Shown: positions 13,253 to 26,449, counted from the whole stretch's first letter. The stretch: DNA of 63,047 bases, filler included, from Octopus bimaculoides (GCF_001194135.2; 7 parts of 7 records of this genome joined end to end with filler, not necessarily neighbours in it), one strand, 5' to 3'. Numbers and translations are program-made. Notes: generated by a model from the sequence alone, not told the origin.

Positions 13253-13532
13253 GTCTAAGTGAAGAATAATGTAAATAACTGTATAATAAAATATGGATGT
13301 GCAAATCTCCATTTTCTTGGTCGCCATTAATTTCATTACTTTCTCTATGGAAACTACGCAGTCCCTAAAAGGACAGTGAGGATAATAATTCAGTCTAGTA
13401 AATTTTCAACTTGAGTTTCACCAACATTCACTGTGGAAAGCCAGCATTAAGAACTGATATATAAGAGTTAACACACTAACCGCCAGGATTATGTATCCCT
13501 CAAAATCATTTTGGGATATATTTATATACATA

Positions 13533-13669
13533 CTAGCAGAGGTGCCTGATGTTGCCTGGGAATGAAATTGTTCCTTATATATTGGAAGAAAAAAAGCAAA
13601 ATATGTTGCATAGAAATTTGTTATTCTAAATTCTATTTATTCTTCAATTGGGAAATCAATTCTGAATTC

Positions 13670-13736
<67 letters not shown>

Positions 13737-13911
13737 TAATAATAATAATAGTAATTTTGACTCTATATCTTCAGGAGGAGTTACCTCAATCCTTTCTATA
13801 TTAACCAAAATGAAGTAGATTGACAAATTTATTTTTTGAACCAGTTGAAGAGATGCGAGATGTCGAAATATTGTTCACAAGATAACAAATGGCACTCTTC
13901 TNNNNNNNNNN

Positions 13912-13980
<69 letters not shown>

Positions 13981-14198
13981 TAATAATAATAATAGTAATT
14001 TTGACTCTATATCTTCAGGAGGAGTTACCTCAATCCTTTCTATATTAACCAAAATGAAGTAGATTGACAAATTTATTTTTTGAACCAGTTGAAGAGATGC
14101 GAGATGTCGAAATATTGTTCACAAGATAACAAATGGCACTCTTCTTTTAATTTTGACTCTATATCTTCAGGAGGAGTTACCTCAATCCTTTCTATATT

Positions 14199-14231
<33 letters not shown>

Positions 14232-14694
14232 CGAAAATACAAAATTTATCACTTATATGAAAGGAGATAAATTCTACCACATATGTTGAAGGAGATAAGC
14301 TTCAGAATAAACAACATTCTTTGTTTTCTGGTTTGGCATACAGACAAATAAGTGCTGCAAACTACCAACTCTGGGGCAACCAACATAAAGTTAGCCATGA
14401 GAAAAGCAAGGCTCAATTAAGTGCAAGCTAGTAGATTTCAAAGTCTGATCTTGACCTTTATTAATAGACATTGCAAAGTAAAGTCGCACTGGGAATAGTG
14501 TTCGTTTGAACTCAAACGGCATGTCTGTTGGTTTGATTGGAATTCTTGGAATGAAAGCCTCTTCCCCAGAGGCACACCAGTGATGATGGTATCACAATCA
14601 CATTAGGTGATAATATCTTCACAATCAACTTTGTCCCATTGCATAATTTAGGAGGATCTAAATTTCTTAGAAGCATTATTAAGATTTGTGGTGG
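13533..14694 (-). mobile_element. Helitron 3' portion: PIF1-like helicase C-terminus, 3' UTR, hairpin and CTAG end
   Basis: Minus 14690-14297 reads IMLLRNLDPPKLCNGTKL..IPRIP..FPVRLYFAMSINKGQDQTL..CFSHG*LYVGCPRV..TKNVVYSE. The terminus 'cccaggcaacatcaggcacctctgCTAG|t' at 13560-13533 is the canonical Helitron 3' end. Confidence 0.85.
13748..14200 (+). repeat. ~150-bp tandem duplication (2 full copies plus 1 partial) with (AAT)n, inside the Helitron 3' UTR
   Basis: 'gtaattttgactctatatcttcagg...gcactcttct' at ~13750-13901 and ~13996-14144, partial at 14146-14200. The first two copies flank a 10-N gap. Confidence 0.8.
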
Positions 14695-14778
14695 TGACTA
14701 GAGTTGTAATTATGTGAGTTTTGATAAGCAAAAGCATTCTCTTTACTATCAAAACTCACATAATTACAACTCTAGTCA
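14695..14778. repeat. Perfect 32-bp inverted repeat with 20-nt loop
   Basis: tgactagagttgtaattatgtgagttttgata (14695-14726) is the exact reverse complement of 14747-14778. Confidence 0.95.
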
Positions 14779-14779
14779 T

Positions 14780-16620
14780 ACGAACACTCAACACACACAC
14801 ACAGCTCCAGCACAGATACCCTTACATTAGCCCACAACCACAACCCAACCCATCCTACTGACACTACCTGGAACACCACCATAATCTCTACCACTCTTAC
14901 AAATAATACAATTAATAACAACAATAGTAATAATAACAATGATAGTAATGATAACGTTAATAAGACTAATAATTTAGAATCTTCTACCCCCTTCTCTAAC
15001 CTCTCCTCTGACGATATTACCTCCTCCATTCCTGAACACATTCCCCAAAATTCACCTAATTGCAACTGCCATCCTGGAACCATCTGCCCGTTACAAACCC
15101 ATTGCAGAAGATATAATGTAATTTACAAATGCACTGTCCTTAATCTATTACACAGCTCTGCGGCCGTATTCATAGGATCAACAAACAATTTTAGGCAACG
15201 ATATGCCACTCACCTCCATTCTTTTAGATACGATAAACATAGTTAATCTACAACACTCGCCAACCACATACATTATCTCAAAAATACAAATATACCCTAT
15301 ACTCTATCATGGTCCATACTAGATTCAGGGCTTCCCTACCGAGGTGAACGCTAAACCTGCAAGCTTTGCCTGAAGAAGGCACTTCACATATTAAAGCACA
15401 ACTCTCCAGCACTGCTAAATAAGCATAATGAGGCACTAAGCACATGCAACCACCGCTTTTTTCACACATTCAAATTCTACCAAAAATCCAAATGCCTAAA
15501 TGACCAAAGAGTATATTTCCACAATACCCCTTAAGTAATCCCAATAATCTTATAAATCTACATTTTAAATCTTAATCCCTATCTAATTCCTCTTTCATAC
15601 TCGAATATCACAACCATCTAATTATATTCGTGTGTATATGCGTGCATACATATGTGCGTGTGTATGTATGTATATATGTATGAATGTATGTATGTATGTA
15701 TGTATGTATGTATGCGTGTGCAGAGGCGATAATACATACAGATACACGTATATATTGGTATACATATGTACATATACAAATGGGTACGAGTTGTATGTGT
15801 AGATGTTGATATGTATAAATATCTGTATAAATATATATATGCATGTTTAATATATGCATCTGTATACATCTTCACATATATTTTCTTCTACTACTAAGCA
15901 GGGACCTGTCTAACCAACCTAATCTATATTCCTAAATTCTTCATTCCAACATATTACTACCCCTACTCCTCTCTGCTCCATCACTTAGGCTCTATCACTA
16001 CATACCTGACACTCCTTTTCTTTTTACACTATTATACCTCTCTCTCTATTACCACCCCATTCCTTCTATCTTTACCCTATCAACTTTTTACAACCTCATA
16101 TCTTTCTCTCTCTATCACCCTCACCACCCCATTCCTGCTATCAATTTATCTTGACTGACCACTAACTGGTACACTTTCTTTCTCTTCATCTCTTTACTAT
16201 CTCTCTCCTTGATTTTCTTTTTTCTTTGTTCCTTTCTTCCTGTTTTCGATTTGACCCTACAAATACATTCTCTACTTTTAGGTCACTTTAAATAAACCCT
16301 CGATTCAATAGCATTGCGTACAAACTCTATACTTGGAATGACCAATTTCAAATACTATTGGAATTTACTCACAAAGTATTGGAATCTTATATGTATACCA
16401 TTCTGCCTAAATAATGAATCTACGAATGCAATATCCCTGCATATCTCACATCTATTTTCATTCCTCCACTTTACTCTCTATTTCATATCTTATCTAAATT
16501 AACTATTGCTTAACCATTTCCTTACACCGTCTCCGATGAAGGGATATATAAAATATCCCAGAAACAGCTGTAAGACCTATTTATAAATGTTCTAAATTCT
16601 TCACGGCCTTGGTTTTTTTT
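14780..16620 (+). mobile_element. Penelope-like element 2 (EN 15061-15534, 3' UTR/pseudo-LTR with hammerhead)
   Basis: CNCHPGTICPLQTHCRRYNVIYKC..FIGSTNNFRQRYATHLHSF..*STTLANHI..LSWSIL..*TCKLC..LLNKHNE..TCNHR in a single frame with two stops. Hammerhead motif at 16529-16576. Confidence 0.88.
16529..16576 (+). ncRNA. Minimal type-I hammerhead ribozyme motif (core U4>C)
   Basis: GTCT-CCGATGA-a-GGGATAT ataaa ATATCCC-a-GAAAC-AGCT-GTA-AGAC. Stem I is GTCT/AGAC, stem II is 7 bp, stem III is palindromic (ACAGCTGT), and the cleavage triplet is GUA. Confidence 0.7.
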
Positions 16621-17447
16621 TTTATCTCATTCTGAAAAAGAAAATTGTAGATATGTATATATATATATATATATATNNNNNNNNNNNNNNNNNNNNNNNN
16701 NNNNNNNNNNNNNNNNNNNNTTAATTAATTAANNNNNNNNNNNNNNNNNNNNNNNNNNNNNNNNNNNNNNNNNNNNTATATATATATATATATATATCAA
16801 TAAATTTGTAGTGTAATATTTGGATTCATAGCTTCTCTGGCGGGCCCGGCAAGCAGACCGCATAGTAATCATATGTGGAGAAACTCAATGCAAGGTCATA
16901 GGCAGCTGAAATCCAAGAGATCTAATCGATGAAGTTATTTTATAAGAAATATGTAAACGATAAAAAGTCAGCAGGTGTGAGATATGAATATATTTAACCT
17001 CTCGTCAGCATTAGGACTACAGCCATTTCGTAGCCTTCATCACGTAATAATAATTTCAGTCTATAATAAATTATTTTACATGTCTTCGCTAACATATATG
17101 CTAGGCATTATACAATACAGTTCTATATTTACAAACCAATGTAGATGAAGAAAGCTAGCTCATCAGATCATCAGAACGTCACGGTTACACCAATGCTTCT
17201 TCTCTATGAATATCCGTGAATATATTTCAATATATATTATACATGAAATATAAGGCTTATATTACACACACACACACACACACATACACTCACACACATA
17301 CACGCACGCACATACACACACACAAACACGCATACGCATATAGATATATGTATGTATATATATGTATATGTATATATGTATATATGTATTATGTCTATCT
17401 ATTTATCTATCTCTCTTTCTATATATACATATTATACACACACACAC

Positions 17448-17496
<49 letters not shown>

Positions 17497-17856
17497 CATA
17501 CGTGATTCATTTGTATTGCATTTCTAGGCATGTGAAGAAGCAAAGAAGCAATGTAGCTAATATATGATGGAAAAATATGCTATGTTCTCATAAGAGAAAA
17601 TTTAAAATAACTTTTTCTTTCAGAGTAGCGCGAAATAAAGCTAAAAGAAATAAAAGTAACCATGTGTGTAAGAATGCCCCCTTGTAGCAAACATATTTCT
17701 CACCACAGTCACATATTAGTATATAACTGACAGCTAACTGGCAAGAAAGTAACACATTAGTCTGATATGTGAGTGCATCAATCAAACCCGTATTTGCAAT
17801 TTTTTTGCCTTTTAGAACCAGTAGTTCTACGGGTCTCTGCAGTTGCATTAAATATG

Positions 17857-17908
<52 letters not shown>

Positions 17909-18345
17909 CATACATACATACATACATACATACAAATACACACATACACACACACACATATATACATATATATACATATACATATATACATACTATAACG
18001 TACATATTACATATATACCTATGCACACATAAGCATATACATGCATATGTATATATACTTATATATTCAATTATATAGAGGTATATATATGTATATATTC
18101 TATATATATATACTGACATATATATGTGACGTGTGTGTTTGAGTGAATGTTCATGTATATATATTTACATGTATATACTTATATACATGTACTTTTATAT
18201 ATATATTACATATATGTATGTATTCTTATCTTTATGTGCAATACAGGTATACACAGACACAGATGCGCGCACACACACACTCGCGCACGCGGGCACGCAC
18301 ACACACACACACACACNNNNNNNNNNACACACTCGCGCACGCGGG

Positions 18346-18415
<70 letters not shown>

Positions 18416-18854
18416 TCCTCAAATCTGATATATATATTCATACAGTGTGAGCGGGCAAAAGAGATAGGGAGACAGCGCGAAATGGGTGGGGGATCTTTGT
18501 TATTTTTATTTTCGTAATTTATTTTGGACCTACGGTATTTTTAGAACAAATTGGTTTCATGTTTTGGTGTAACATGTACGTTCCTTACGAAAGAATCTAA
18601 CGAAGTGAAATGAGAAATATGGAATGTGGGAGGAGAAAGGGAGTGAAAAGGAGAGAGAAAACACAACGAAGACAATAAAATATGAAACTAAGGAGTGAAT
18701 AATTGAGGCGGTGGTGTTGGGAGGAGGTAGAAAAGTGCTGAAAAATTAAGAACAAAGTCAGATGTAACATTATCAAGCAGATAACTATTTTGTTCCCGCA
18801 ATTTCTTTAAAGGGAAAAATAAAACAAAATAAATGAACAGTAACTAATTAATGC

Positions 18855-18960
18855 TCGTCCGTCGTTGTCGACGATGACCAGGGCATCACAGGCCAATGTG
18901 TGCTTGGACGGTTCTGCCGCAGATCAGACACTTGTGGTCTGTTAGGAACGAAGGCAAGGA
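18855..18960 (-). mobile_element. RTE-type LINE 3' end
   Basis: Minus strand TDHKCLICGRTVQAHIGL* resembles the RTE C-terminal C-x2-C..IGL finger. It is followed by 'tcatcgtcgacaacgacggacga'. Confidence 0.55.
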
Positions 18961-20539
18961 GTTGGCAATATTGATGAATGGCAAGATTGATTTAAATTCA
19001 GAATTCAGAGAGTCTCCAACGGGTTATGACCGCTAAGGTTACGAACCTCTGATATATCAGGTCGCTTCGCATTAATGTATTAAGCCATTGCTATTTATTC
19101 TACTAATGTGTCAGGTCATGCTTGAACATCGTCATATTTGTCTCTGATCAATTGACAACGGATATTTTTGTGTTTACCTTTCCTAGAATATGTAGGAGAC
19201 TTAAAGTACGTACTGGGTCAACTCGGTTGATTTACAAGCTTGTACGTAATTCGAAGTGATGCTTAACATGGTTGCAATCCTGCGACTTAAACAAGAAAGA
19301 GAATTAAAGGACATGTTTGAAGTCATTTGATACTTAGATGTCTTGTCAATATAGTACCGATGCTTCACGCTATTTGTTATTTATGAATGAAGCTATTTTG
19401 TTACTAATGACTTGAGTTAGTGAGAACGTCGCGTCATTCGGTATTGATGTATCAAGTTCTTACTATTTGTATATCGTAATTTTTGAATATTCATCAATTC
19501 ATTTGATATTGATGGGTCACTATGTTACTCAACATTTTCTACTCATTCACTGAATGGCTTTTTATAAGCTTCACATTCTCATGCTCTAAATCTTCCCATC
19601 TAAAAGTTTATTTTAATCAAACAGAAGATAATTTTGTGCAGCGGTTTATTGTCCATGTGTTCTTGTATGTCTCCACACACTTTTTAAAGATTTTTGCATT
19701 AAATTTTTATAGAAACAAAAACGAGGAATTAAAAAAATTAGAAACATCATCAGTTATGCTTCTGTTTACTGGTAGCACAAAGTTATATTCTTATTCTAAT
19801 CGCAACAAACGTTGCTTTGCAAATGTGCTTAAAACGTATTTTATCTGGTTGTTTCATTGAATGATATTTTGTCTCTAAGAAATATCACGACCCCTTATAA
19901 GTTCACTACTAATATATCGGATCATTTGACCCTAATATGTTGGGTCATTTGGTCTTAATGTGTCGTGTTCTTTGATCCTTATAGGTGAAGTTATTTGGTG
20001 TTAATCTATCAAGCAGTTGGTTTCTATGTATCACGCCATCTGATATCATTTATATCCCAAATAACTGGTATCTATGTTTTTAGTAATTCGGTACTGATGT
20101 AGCAATCTATTTACTGCTTAAGCATTAAACGAATTTGCACTTATCAAATAATACTACTTATTTATCAAACAATTTATCAAACAATTCGAAGTTATTGGTA
20201 ACAAATGTATCATGATATTGGTATTCCTTTAGGCCTTCAGTTCGGTGCTGTACGATGGCAACAATACATATAGATAATGATTTATGCCATGGGCAGAAGC
20301 CTACTAATGCTAAAAGGAAACATATTGCATGGTAATGGAAGACATCAACAAACCGAAACAGAAAATTATATATGGAAACAAAAGAAGAGTCAACTGAATC
20401 GATTATTTAGAAGGAAGAATGGCAAGACGGTATTGGCAGGATTTGAACAGAACCAAACATGAGTGAAATTAAATAATATGTAGAATTCAGTTTTTCTGTA
20501 AGTAACCATCACATTGTCAATATTAATTGTCTCTGTCAT

Positions 20540-20955
20540 GCACACAAGGCCTGAAATACTATGGGAAGGGAAGTGGAGTCGATGTTATCGACCCAGTATT
20601 TGATTGGTACTTTATTCTACTGTCTTTAAAGGATAAAATGAGACATAAAATTGAGTTGGGCGTATTTTGAATCTCAGAAAGTAAAGAATTAGTGAAATGT
20701 CAGAAGGGCTTTTGCTCGACGTTCTTATGATTCTGCCAAAAGTTAGACCGGTGTAAAGTTTTCTAATTTAAGAAAGTTTTTGAAGGGCGGGGTTAGTTGA
20801 TTACATTGAACCCAATAGCAGACTGGTAGTGTTTTTAGTGTCCCCGGAGGGATGAAAAGAAGAGATGACGCTGCAGGATTTGAATTCAAAAGGAAATGAT
20901 CCCGTTTAAAAACTATGAAGTAATTTTCTGACACTCTAATGGTCCTGCCAGCTCG
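20540..20955 (-). mobile_element. Two degraded copies of the tRNA-SINE seen intact at 59415
   Basis: Diverged matches to 'tcgaccccagt..ctggtact..aaaggatgaaag..tttgaactcag' and head 'ctgccagctcg'. Confidence 0.55.
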
Positions 20956-22519
20956 AATTAGGCCATATACATTTTGTAGAAGGTAGAACGTGTTAGAATT
21001 TGTAACTCATTTATGATAGGTATTCTTCAAAAGATAGTATCGACTTAGGCTAAGAGTCTTAAAGTAGAAAACTGGGTTCAGAGTATTGGCAACTGACTGG
21101 TCATAAATAACAAGATATATTTATGCGGAACATCAGCTCAAACGTTTCAATAGATTCAAATGAAACTTGTAATGAATAGAAAGGGTAAAGAATGAAATTT
21201 CAAAAACCGAAAAAAATTTAAAGCGTGGGCATGCAATGGAGTGTGAGTCATATTTTTAGTAAGATCGGAGACCATTTAACATACGACTCTCCTGACTAAG
21301 AGGATATTTTCGGAGTTGATTCCCTTATTCTTGAAAAAGATTTTCAATAACCCTTGTGAATTTTTCCCCTCTTCTTTATGTGCGTAATTTTAGCTAATTA
21401 AAAGCATTTGTTAATTTACTTCTTGAAGTATGTTAGATGTCACTCTATGTTATTTATGCAAAATCAACCTGGGGGAATTTCCCCGTGACTGAAATAACAA
21501 CTAAATTCAAACGGACAAAATTCATATCCATTAACATAGGGAACAACACCGTGTAAAGAAACAGTTTTACAGTTACCAATGATATATGTAATAAAACATT
21601 CAGGGATATCGCATATGGGTATGAATGTCGCCCTTCTTTCAACCATTTTGAATGAAAACCTCAGCATGCCGTTTTCCAGCTGGCTGTAGACATACTACTT
21701 CACATTGACCACTTGTGGCTTGGTTGACGTGCTCACGTGGTCGAGGATTTTCTCCTCATTAGAAATGCATTTTTGAAATGATGGCGTTCGTTTTCGTAGA
21801 TACAGTCAATATAATGTCGAAATATATTGTAGTTACCCAGAAAGGAAGTGGAGCTGATAATTCCCCCACACACACACTGAAATCCGTTAGTATGGTATTA
21901 ACGGTCTCTGTGATTATTGCAGATGCAATCTCAAGAACATTTAACAACATATTTATAAGCACAAGTTGTTTAGTCCCAGGTCACCCTAACTTACCAGACA
22001 TGATTAAAAGTATATTAGCTATCCTCTCCGTCACTGGTATTGCGCATCTAAGAATACATTCCCAAATGTGTCCCCTTCTTTTAAAAAGAGTAGAGTGTCT
22101 TCTTTGAGAATGATTTGGAAGTTATTTCTAGGAGGTCGAACGACGCCCAGCGGGGTATTTGTTTGTGGTGGCTAGTAGAGCTAACTGACGCGTATAGAAA
22201 TAAAATCTTATATTTATTTATTTACTTACTTATTTAACTGTTAAATTAAGATTATTATTCTAAAGCAAGTTTACGAATAACAGCAGAGCTTTTTACCGAT
22301 GGGGAAGCTCAGTACATAGACAAATTTATTGTAAGATGCGTTTTGATGTGGATTTAAGTTTCATCTAACAGCTTGTTCGACCATTTTATTTATTTGCATC
22401 GCAATTGGCGAACGATAGTGTTGTCAGTTACAGTTTTTCCACAGATTTAGTCAGTGATTCGCTGCATATCTAACAGTAAGAATAACAAAATAGTATCTCT
22501 ATCTTACGACAAATCTAAT

Positions 22520-22730
22520 ATTCTTCTCTACTCTAGGCACAAGGACCGAAATTTTGAGGGATGGGGCCAGTCGATTAGATCGACACCAGTACGCAACTGG
22601 TACTTAATTTATCGACCCCCGAAAGGATGAAAGGCAAAGTCGACCTCGGTGGAATTCGAACTCAGGAAGTAAAGACAGACGAAATGCCTCTAAGCATTTC
22701 GCCTGGCGTGCTAACATTCCTGTCAGCCAT
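22520..22730 (-). mobile_element. tRNA-derived SINE (same head and central domain as 59415-59646, different tail)
   Basis: 'actggtacttaatttatcgacccc..gaaaggatgaaaggcaaagtcgacctcggtggaattcgaactcag..aagcatttcgcctggcgtgctaac'. Confidence 0.85.
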
Positions 22731-24323
22731 TCAACAAATCATATGTTTTAGACGAGGTTGTTCGAAGCGCATCACCTTTTCTGTTTTCTCTCCCATGTGT
22801 GTGTGTGTGTGTGTGTGCGTGTGTGCGTGTGTGTGTGTGTGCGTGCGTGTGTGTGTGTGTGTGTGTGCCTCGTGCATTAGTATCACATTAACTGTAAAGT
22901 TTCGGTTCGCGAAATAGCACAAAGATGGTTTTGGTCAAATGAGAATATAACAAAAGGCATTTCCCAAAAGCACTCCACATTGGGAACATGGTCCATGAGG
23001 TTTACTCCAACATTCCTTTTGCTCATTGAACTTTACAAATAAAAGTTACACAAGAGTAGATATTCATTAAACTAAGGGGATATTCAAGAAATTCGAACTA
23101 TATGCACCAGTATGTGTCTTAAGTTAGCACTAATATACACACTAACCGAATCTTGAGGTCTCAACTAATGAAAATGACGTGTGAGGATACGGTATTTCGT
23201 TATGCAACCATAAAACATTACAAAGTATATTAAAAATTCTCCTAAGTCAATACCGTGTTCAGCTGTGTTAGTAGTGCTCTTAAATCACTTGTTAAGATTA
23301 TCTTTACAGATTTTCTACAGAAATGTATTACTAGCACTGATTTTGTTATGACGCTTCGTATCCGAGACGCCAAATGTAAACAATGAAATCGATGATTAAG
23401 ATAATGAAAGATCGAAGAGACCAACAAGAACTCAATTAATGATGAAATTTTAGAGAGTGTGGCAGTAGAGACATACAGTGTTTCTTCAGTGTTTTTAAAA
23501 CTAGGGGAGCCTATTACTCTTTATGTGTGGTCGTAATCGATTTCTTCCAGGAGATAACAAAAAAAAAAAAAAAAAAGAGAAAGAAAGCGAATAAATTGAA
23601 TCAAAGCCAATCAAGAGTGGTACTTTAACATTCCCGAAATGATAAAAAGCAAAGTTGAATACCGTCACATTTGAACACAGAAACCAATACAGCTAGTTAA
23701 TCTACCCAACGTTCTAATCACTCGACCAATTTGTCGACTTGGCGGATACACTATACGAACTCCGAAAGTATTGAGTTAAAGTTAATATATTGTAGAAAGG
23801 GACAAGTCTTACTATAGGGAATGACATTTGGGAAAGATATCTTATCAGCAAAACGACACTATCAACAGAGCGTAAATTTATGCTTGGAAGAACGGCAATG
23901 TACAAAAAGGCATTTCAAGTTTATAAAAAAAATAGGTACGTAGTATATGAATAGTGAAGAAGGAAAAGAAACAGAGACATCTAGCAAGAGAAGGGCAACG
24001 AGGCAGAGAGAGAGACAGACAGAGAGACAGAGAGAGACAGAGACAAAGAGAGAAAGAGAGAGAAGGAGAGAGAGATGCGGGCAGAAAAAACAAGAATTGA
24101 ACGGTGGGTGATTTTAGTTTCCTAATAAATGTATCTATGGAGAGATGTATATTTTGGTGACAGTTATGTACGAAGACAGAACTGTGTGGAGATTTACTTG
24201 AATAAAAGGGTATGAATGCATATATGATTATCTATGTCTCTTATTTGTCTCTTTCTCTGTCGCAATACACAGAGTCAAACCCAAACATGTATACGTACAA
24301 ACACACACACACATACACACACG

Positions 24324-24355
<32 letters not shown>

Positions 24356-25693
24356 TATGTATATATACATATCTATATATATATATAAATATATATATAC
24401 GTCTGTGTGTATGCATGTATATATATATATATGTATATATGTATGTGTGTATTTGTATATATGTGTGTATACGCACACAAATGTGTATATCTAAATATAT
24501 CATGCATTTGTGTGTGTGTACATATATATATATATATACACACACAAATGTATATGTATGTGTGTGTATATATATATATATATGTATGCATAGTTGTATG
24601 TATACACATAAATACATACACATATATATATATATATACATATATATATGCTTGTACGTATATATATGAATGTATATATGTATGTATGTATGTACATATG
24701 CAGTAACTATATGTCTATATGTATGCATATGGAAGCTTTAATTACTTACGTGTTCCTATCTGTCTCTTTCCTATATATATATATNNNNNNNNNNNNNNNN
24801 NNNNNNNNNNNNNNNNNNNNNNNNNNNNNNNNNNNNNNNNNNNNNNNNNNNNNNNNNNNNNNNNNNNNNNNNNNNNNNNNNNNNNNNNNNNNNNNNNNNN
24901 NNNNNNNNNNNNNNNNNNNNNNNNNNNNNNNNNNNNNNNNNNNNNNNNNNNNNNNNNNNNNNNNNNNNNNNNNNNNNNNNNNNNNNNNNNNNNNNNNNNN
25001 NNNNNNNNNNNNNNNNNNNNNNNNNNNNNNNNNNNNNNNNNNNNNNNNNNNNNNNNNNNNNNNNNNNNNNNNNNNNNNNNNNNNNNNNNNNNNNNNNNNN
25101 NNNNNNNNNNNNNNNNNNNNNNNNNNNNNNNNNNNNNNNNNNNNNNNNNNNNNNNNNNNNNNNNNNNNNNNNNNNNNNNNNNNNNNNNNNNNNNNNNNNN
25201 NNNNNNNNNNNNNNNNNNNNNNNNNNNNNNNNNNNNNNNNNNNNNNNNNNNNNNNNNNNNNNNNNNNNNNNNNNNNNNNNNNNNATATATATATATATAT
25301 ATACATATATATACAGAAAGGAAGGGTGTGTGAGGAAAACGTACATGCCTTCATATATATTTGTACTCCTGTATGTCTGTGTATTTGTGTATTTCTGTTC
25401 GTATAAGATTAGGGGAGGTGTTGTATGTACACGCGTATCTTGGTTATTTCTTTCTTTATTTTTGTTTTCATATTTCTGATTCAGGGTAGTGGCGCATCCT
25501 AGTTACGCAGCTAAAAACATACGAGATATGTATGGACTCCGTAACGCTAAGGGATTGTATCTAACTTGCAACAGCTGAATTGATGTGTAAATTCTTCATA
25601 CATTCTGCGTTGTATCCATGACGAGCTAAACACGCAATAGTAACCAAAGAACAGCAAAATGATCTCTTTATCCATCTTTTTACATCTCTTCTC

Positions 25694-25761
<68 letters not shown>

Positions 25762-25938
25762 TCTCTCGTTATCTCTCTCTTTTTATGCTTTTTCTCTGTC
25801 ATTCCCTATAAAATTGTATAACGAAATACAATGATTTATAATAATGTGATGTAGTATATAATAAAGAATAACAAAATACAATAATAACAGCAGCAACAAA
25901 AATAAAGCAACAACAACAACGACAATAATATTAATAAC

Positions 25939-26007
<69 letters not shown>

Positions 26008-26013
26008 AATAAT

Positions 26014-26046
<33 letters not shown>

Positions 26047-26136
26047 AATAATAATAATATATGTGCATACATACATACATCGACCGCTAACCACTAAAGC
26101 CTTTTTTATTCTCTCTTTGTTTATTTTCTCGTGATC

Positions 26137-26172
26137 CTTTCTGTTGAAGTGCAAACGCTCGAAACGTAAAAG
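26137..26172 (+). ncRNA. Hammerhead-like motif with variant core (CUGUUGA), copy 1
   Basis: CTTT-CTGTTGA-a-GTGC aaac GCTC-GAAA-CG-TA-AAAG. Stem I is CTTT/AAAG. Confidence 0.5.
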
Positions 26173-26260
26173 ACTTTCTCACCTTCCCGAGCGTTAAACT
26201 TATTCACCTGATTCTTTTTTATACACCTGTCTTCGTCTATTGTATTTTAGTAAATTCCAA

Positions 26261-26297
<37 letters not shown>

Positions 26298-26396
26298 TCA
26301 TTATACATATTTCATCATGTTGAGCCGTTAATCTCTACACATTTTTTATCTCTCCATCTTTTTCTCTGTCTCTCTTCGTTTTTCCCCCTCTTAATC

Positions 26397-26432
26397 CTTT
26401 GTGTCGAAGAGTGTAGGCTCGAAACGTAAAAG
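26397..26432 (+). ncRNA. Hammerhead-like motif, copy 2 (260 bp downstream, more decayed core)
   Basis: CTTT-GTGTCGA-a-GAGT gtag GCTC-GAAA-CG-TA-AAAG. Shares the 3' flank 'gctcgaaacgtaaaagacttt' with copy 1. Confidence 0.45.
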
Positions 26433-26449
26433 ACTTTTCCAAATGCAAG

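Noticed and set aside
16721-16732. TTAATTAATTAA islands inside N runs (also 36559, 41646, 50211, 57168, 59762), superficially a regularly recurring motif
   Set aside because: An identical 12-mer, always flanked by N runs of similar length, with stops in all frames. It is a scaffolding linker, not biology.
17010-17045. Minus-strand TGATGA-aggcta-CGAAA-tggctg-TA motif
   Set aside because: No formable stem II or stem I; too degenerate to call.
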